Assembly: GCF_032062105.1 (NCBI RefSeq)
Contig: NW_026939745.1
Coordinates: forward strand, 1 to 64,000
Source of the DNA: Saccostrea cucullata
Taxonomy: Eukaryota
DNA length: 64,000 bases
Reading direction: 5' to 3'
In this document: positions 60,993 to 64,000 of the stretch, one piece after another
Position numbering within the stretch: position 1 is the stretch's first letter
Layout of the letters: each line of letters opens with the position of its first letter
Program-made: the position numbers and the translations under genes
The notes under the pieces: model-generated
Seen by the model: the letters and a program-made list of their open reading frames with translations, nothing else
Database searches by the model: none
Told to the model about the DNA's origin: nothing

Positions 60993-63900
60993 TCAATTAT
61001 TGACAAAGAACTCACAAACAAATCCGTACTTATAGTCGTGGTGAGTGTCATGGCAGTTAAAATTATCAGACGCCTTTAACCTAATACGGTTTTCTCTTGG
61101 GCCGTTCGTTAGTATTGTAGGACAGAAGAAATCCGGGAACTGTGTACCATCATGAAACTCCCAAATTCCGTTTGACTTCTTTCCTTGAATCCAGGCCTCA
61201 GCTGTCGATATGTCAGCTGTCAGCTCTAAAACATAAATGTATCAAACTGACAAAATTTTATTTGAAAATGTTAAAATGAATGTTCAATTGAAAAATTTCT
61301 AATATAACTTGACTCCGTCATTTTCTCATTTATTGAAGACATGGCATTCTGATGTCTTGTGATAGGTTTTATGAGACATTCTCTGTAATGAATTGTACTT
61401 TTTATTGGAGTCGGGACACATAGTCCCAAAATTTCTCCATACTCCAGGTATGAAAAAAGCCTTTGGTATCATAAACTTATATGAGGTAAATGTTGCTTTG
61501 TCTTACGATTACAAAGCTTACATATGTTGAAATAAAGCAATTTTCAACATGTTTAGAGTCCTTTTTCTGAAGATTGCAACAAAGAAAATTGACAACGACT
61601 GTTTTCGAAAGTCAAAGATGTCTTATCCGGGAAAATAATTATTACCTTTGTCAACAAATCTTTTTAATTTTTTTTTTTCATTTTGATTAAATAAATTATG
61701 CGTTCAGAAAATGAAAGCAAATTATTAATAAGTTAAAAAGTAACCAAAAATAAAAAGAATTCATTGTTGCGGAAAGCAAAAAAGTTTGATATAACTTCTT
61801 TATAGGTTTAATCTGATTTTATCTTTTTACCCAGCTTCTCCATAAATCATATAACTTAGTGCTACTTTTCTAATTCAATATATGTTTAGATAACGTAAAT
61901 GTACTCGTTAAATAATATCGATATTTTCATGACGCCATTTACAGCCATATTGCAATACTGGTAAAACTACTCTATGAAACAAATCCAATTAGTCTTTATA
62001 TAATGAGCCAGTAGGGTAAAATACAATCCCGAAATAATTAAAATCCTTTACTTCTTCTATGGCACTGCCATTTTCAGTAAAATTATTCTTTGGCTGTCTA
62101 CCCTTTGGGAAAAATAAGAATCTTTGTTTTCTTGATATCACAGACAATTTCCATTATTCACAATATTTGTAAAATTCATTTAATATTCTCTGAAGATCTT
62201 CAGCCGTTTCCACAAGAATTACAGTATCATTGGCATAAAATTGGATAAACAATTTCTTAAACAAAAATAGCTTATCCTCTATACCTTTGCAATGCTGGAC
62301 AAACCTACAATATTCTTTTTTTTCACCTTGTCGTTCACCAACATAACAAATAAAAATTAAAATTAAAATGACAAACCATTAATCTAAATTTTAGATTTGA
62401 TAACATTATACATATTTTTAATAAATGTAAAACATTTCCCATTTTCACCACTTTATAGTAGTGTAAATGATATTGTAAGTGGTTACAGTGTATAGCTCTT
62501 AATTACTGTAAAATCACATATTTTCGTGGGGTCAAAATTTTTTCGTGGTTTAAGGAAAAAAATGTTGTTCGTAGGGATTTGGTTTCGTAGATAGAGAACT
62601 TCTTAGAAGTTGTGTATATGAAATTTTACATTTCGTGGTGGTCATGAATTCTTTGGTCTCCTCATACCTCAAAAACAACGAAAATTAAACCCCCACGAAA
62701 ATTAGTGATTTCACAGTATGTAATTATTACTTATTGAATTAATTAATAATAATTTAATCATTTTAATAATTAAAGTTTATCTCTTCTGTCCATTTTTCAT
62801 GTACTATTCAACTTCAACTTCAATGTTGATACTCGCGAAAATCCATTAGGACATTTATCAGGGAGGACTATGTACATGCGTGTAGTGGAATGTCCAAATG
62901 TAAAAAAAAAAGCAATAGCTTGTAAATAATTAAATACATTAAAAGAAAAAACTCAATTAACTGACCTATCAACTTCTTCAAGACGTTGTATTTCTCCACA
63001 GAATCCATCCTTATTAATTCTGCACTTTCCAACAGACAAGCGTTGTTTGCATCTGCATACATAACAGATGTCTCCTCAAAACAAAGACAGGATGTGACGT
63101 CAGTGCAAGTGTACAGCAAGTAACCACTCGGACAGGCTGTCAAATAAGTTTTTTTTTCCAATAATCAGCATAAAATAATTAAATATACATGTATTTACAT
63201 GTAATATCTGTTTCAAATAAACTTCGTAACAAATCTTATCATTTATTACATATTAGAATATTTTTGTATTGTTTATGGATGTCTCTCTCTCTTTTTTCGT
63301 TTACATGTATACAGTTAAATTAATTCACAACTAATATAATTATGTCGATATATGATATTGGCTCATCAAAATACCGTATCAATGTCTTAGTTCCTTCATT
63401 ATCATTTTGTATGCTACGATAAGCATTTTGAGGCGGCATCCTATATATGTGTGAAATGCAATGACTTTTGAGCTTGAATACTGTTCTTTATCTCCATATA
63501 TTTCTAAGTAATACAGATACAGGTGTGATTTTGATGTATCTCGATCATACCTCAAATTTCAATTAAGAATTTCCATCATGCAATTTTCCTGTTTTATCCT
63601 GTTTAGAGTTTAGAATAGGGGTGCATATAAAAAAAAATAGATGCAGTTTTTTGTATTTATTTATCATTTTTTTAAATTATGAAGCAAGTCCAATTGAATT
63701 GAATATTAAAGTGGAATATTAACAGGACACGCATTTTGATGATGCATATCTGGGTTTTGCCTTTGTAAGTTAAATGCACTGAATTTAAATAGCATTGACT
63801 TGTTAAGTAAGATTATTGTCTGAAGTACCATATTCTAGATAGGTAAATAACGACTCAATTTAATGTTAACTTACTGTTTAATAAATAAGTCATCCACTGA

Positions 63901-64000
63901 GTTCCATTTATGGTCAAAGTTCCTCTTGTATGCGGTGGACAACAATAACAGCATCCGGAATCTCGATCCCGACTTATCACATAGAGAAACATACAGGATT
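60993..64000 (-). CDS. PAN/apple-like + atypical C-type lectin gene, copy 2 (5' end outside window); exons >64000-63875, 63136-62966, 61225-60993
   Basis: Same exon lengths (171 and 233 nt), splice sites and open frame as copy 1. Confidence 0.85.
62506..62716. mobile_element. TA-TSD MITE present only in duplication unit B
   Basis: TA|CTGTAAAATCAC ... GTGATTTCACAG|TA. The empty site CTCTTAATTATGTAATT is visible in unit A at about 42100. Confidence 0.9.

Larger units (their letters stand above)
56557..64000 (+). repeat. Segmental duplication unit B (continues beyond the window)
   Basis: Colinear with 35185-43338. Confidence 0.95.

Overview
AT-rich eukaryotic DNA, most likely an oyster or related bivalve (inferred from Cg170-like Helentron/HINE repeats, bivalve-type SINEs and single-coding-exon cGLR genes). 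No prokaryotic features, rRNA or CRISPR. (1) 1-20.2 kb is a stack of DNA transposons nested five levels deep, resolved from terminal inverted repeats (TIRs) and target-site duplications (TSDs). It holds one fully intact two-exon 694-aa transposase (Zn fingers-HTH-DDE_Tnp_4-SWIM) and a 197-bp satellite inside a Merlin-like element. (2) 20.7-32.9 kb has a full-length decayed L1/Tx1 LINE with a 14-bp TSD, two HINE elements and LINE debris. (3) 33.5-64 kb is an innate-immune cluster: two cGAS-like receptor genes (Mab-21 nucleotidyltransferase plus TPR-like tail), each with an independent frameshift at nearly the same N-terminal spot; a third cGLR fragment; two copies of a 3-exon secreted PAN/apple-like + atypical C-type lectin gene; a perlucin-like C-type lectin pseudogene missing from the ORF track; a Penelope-like element; and a >7.4-kb segmental duplication that starts inside a cGLR exon. 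All family assignments come from manual motif recognition; no database search was run.
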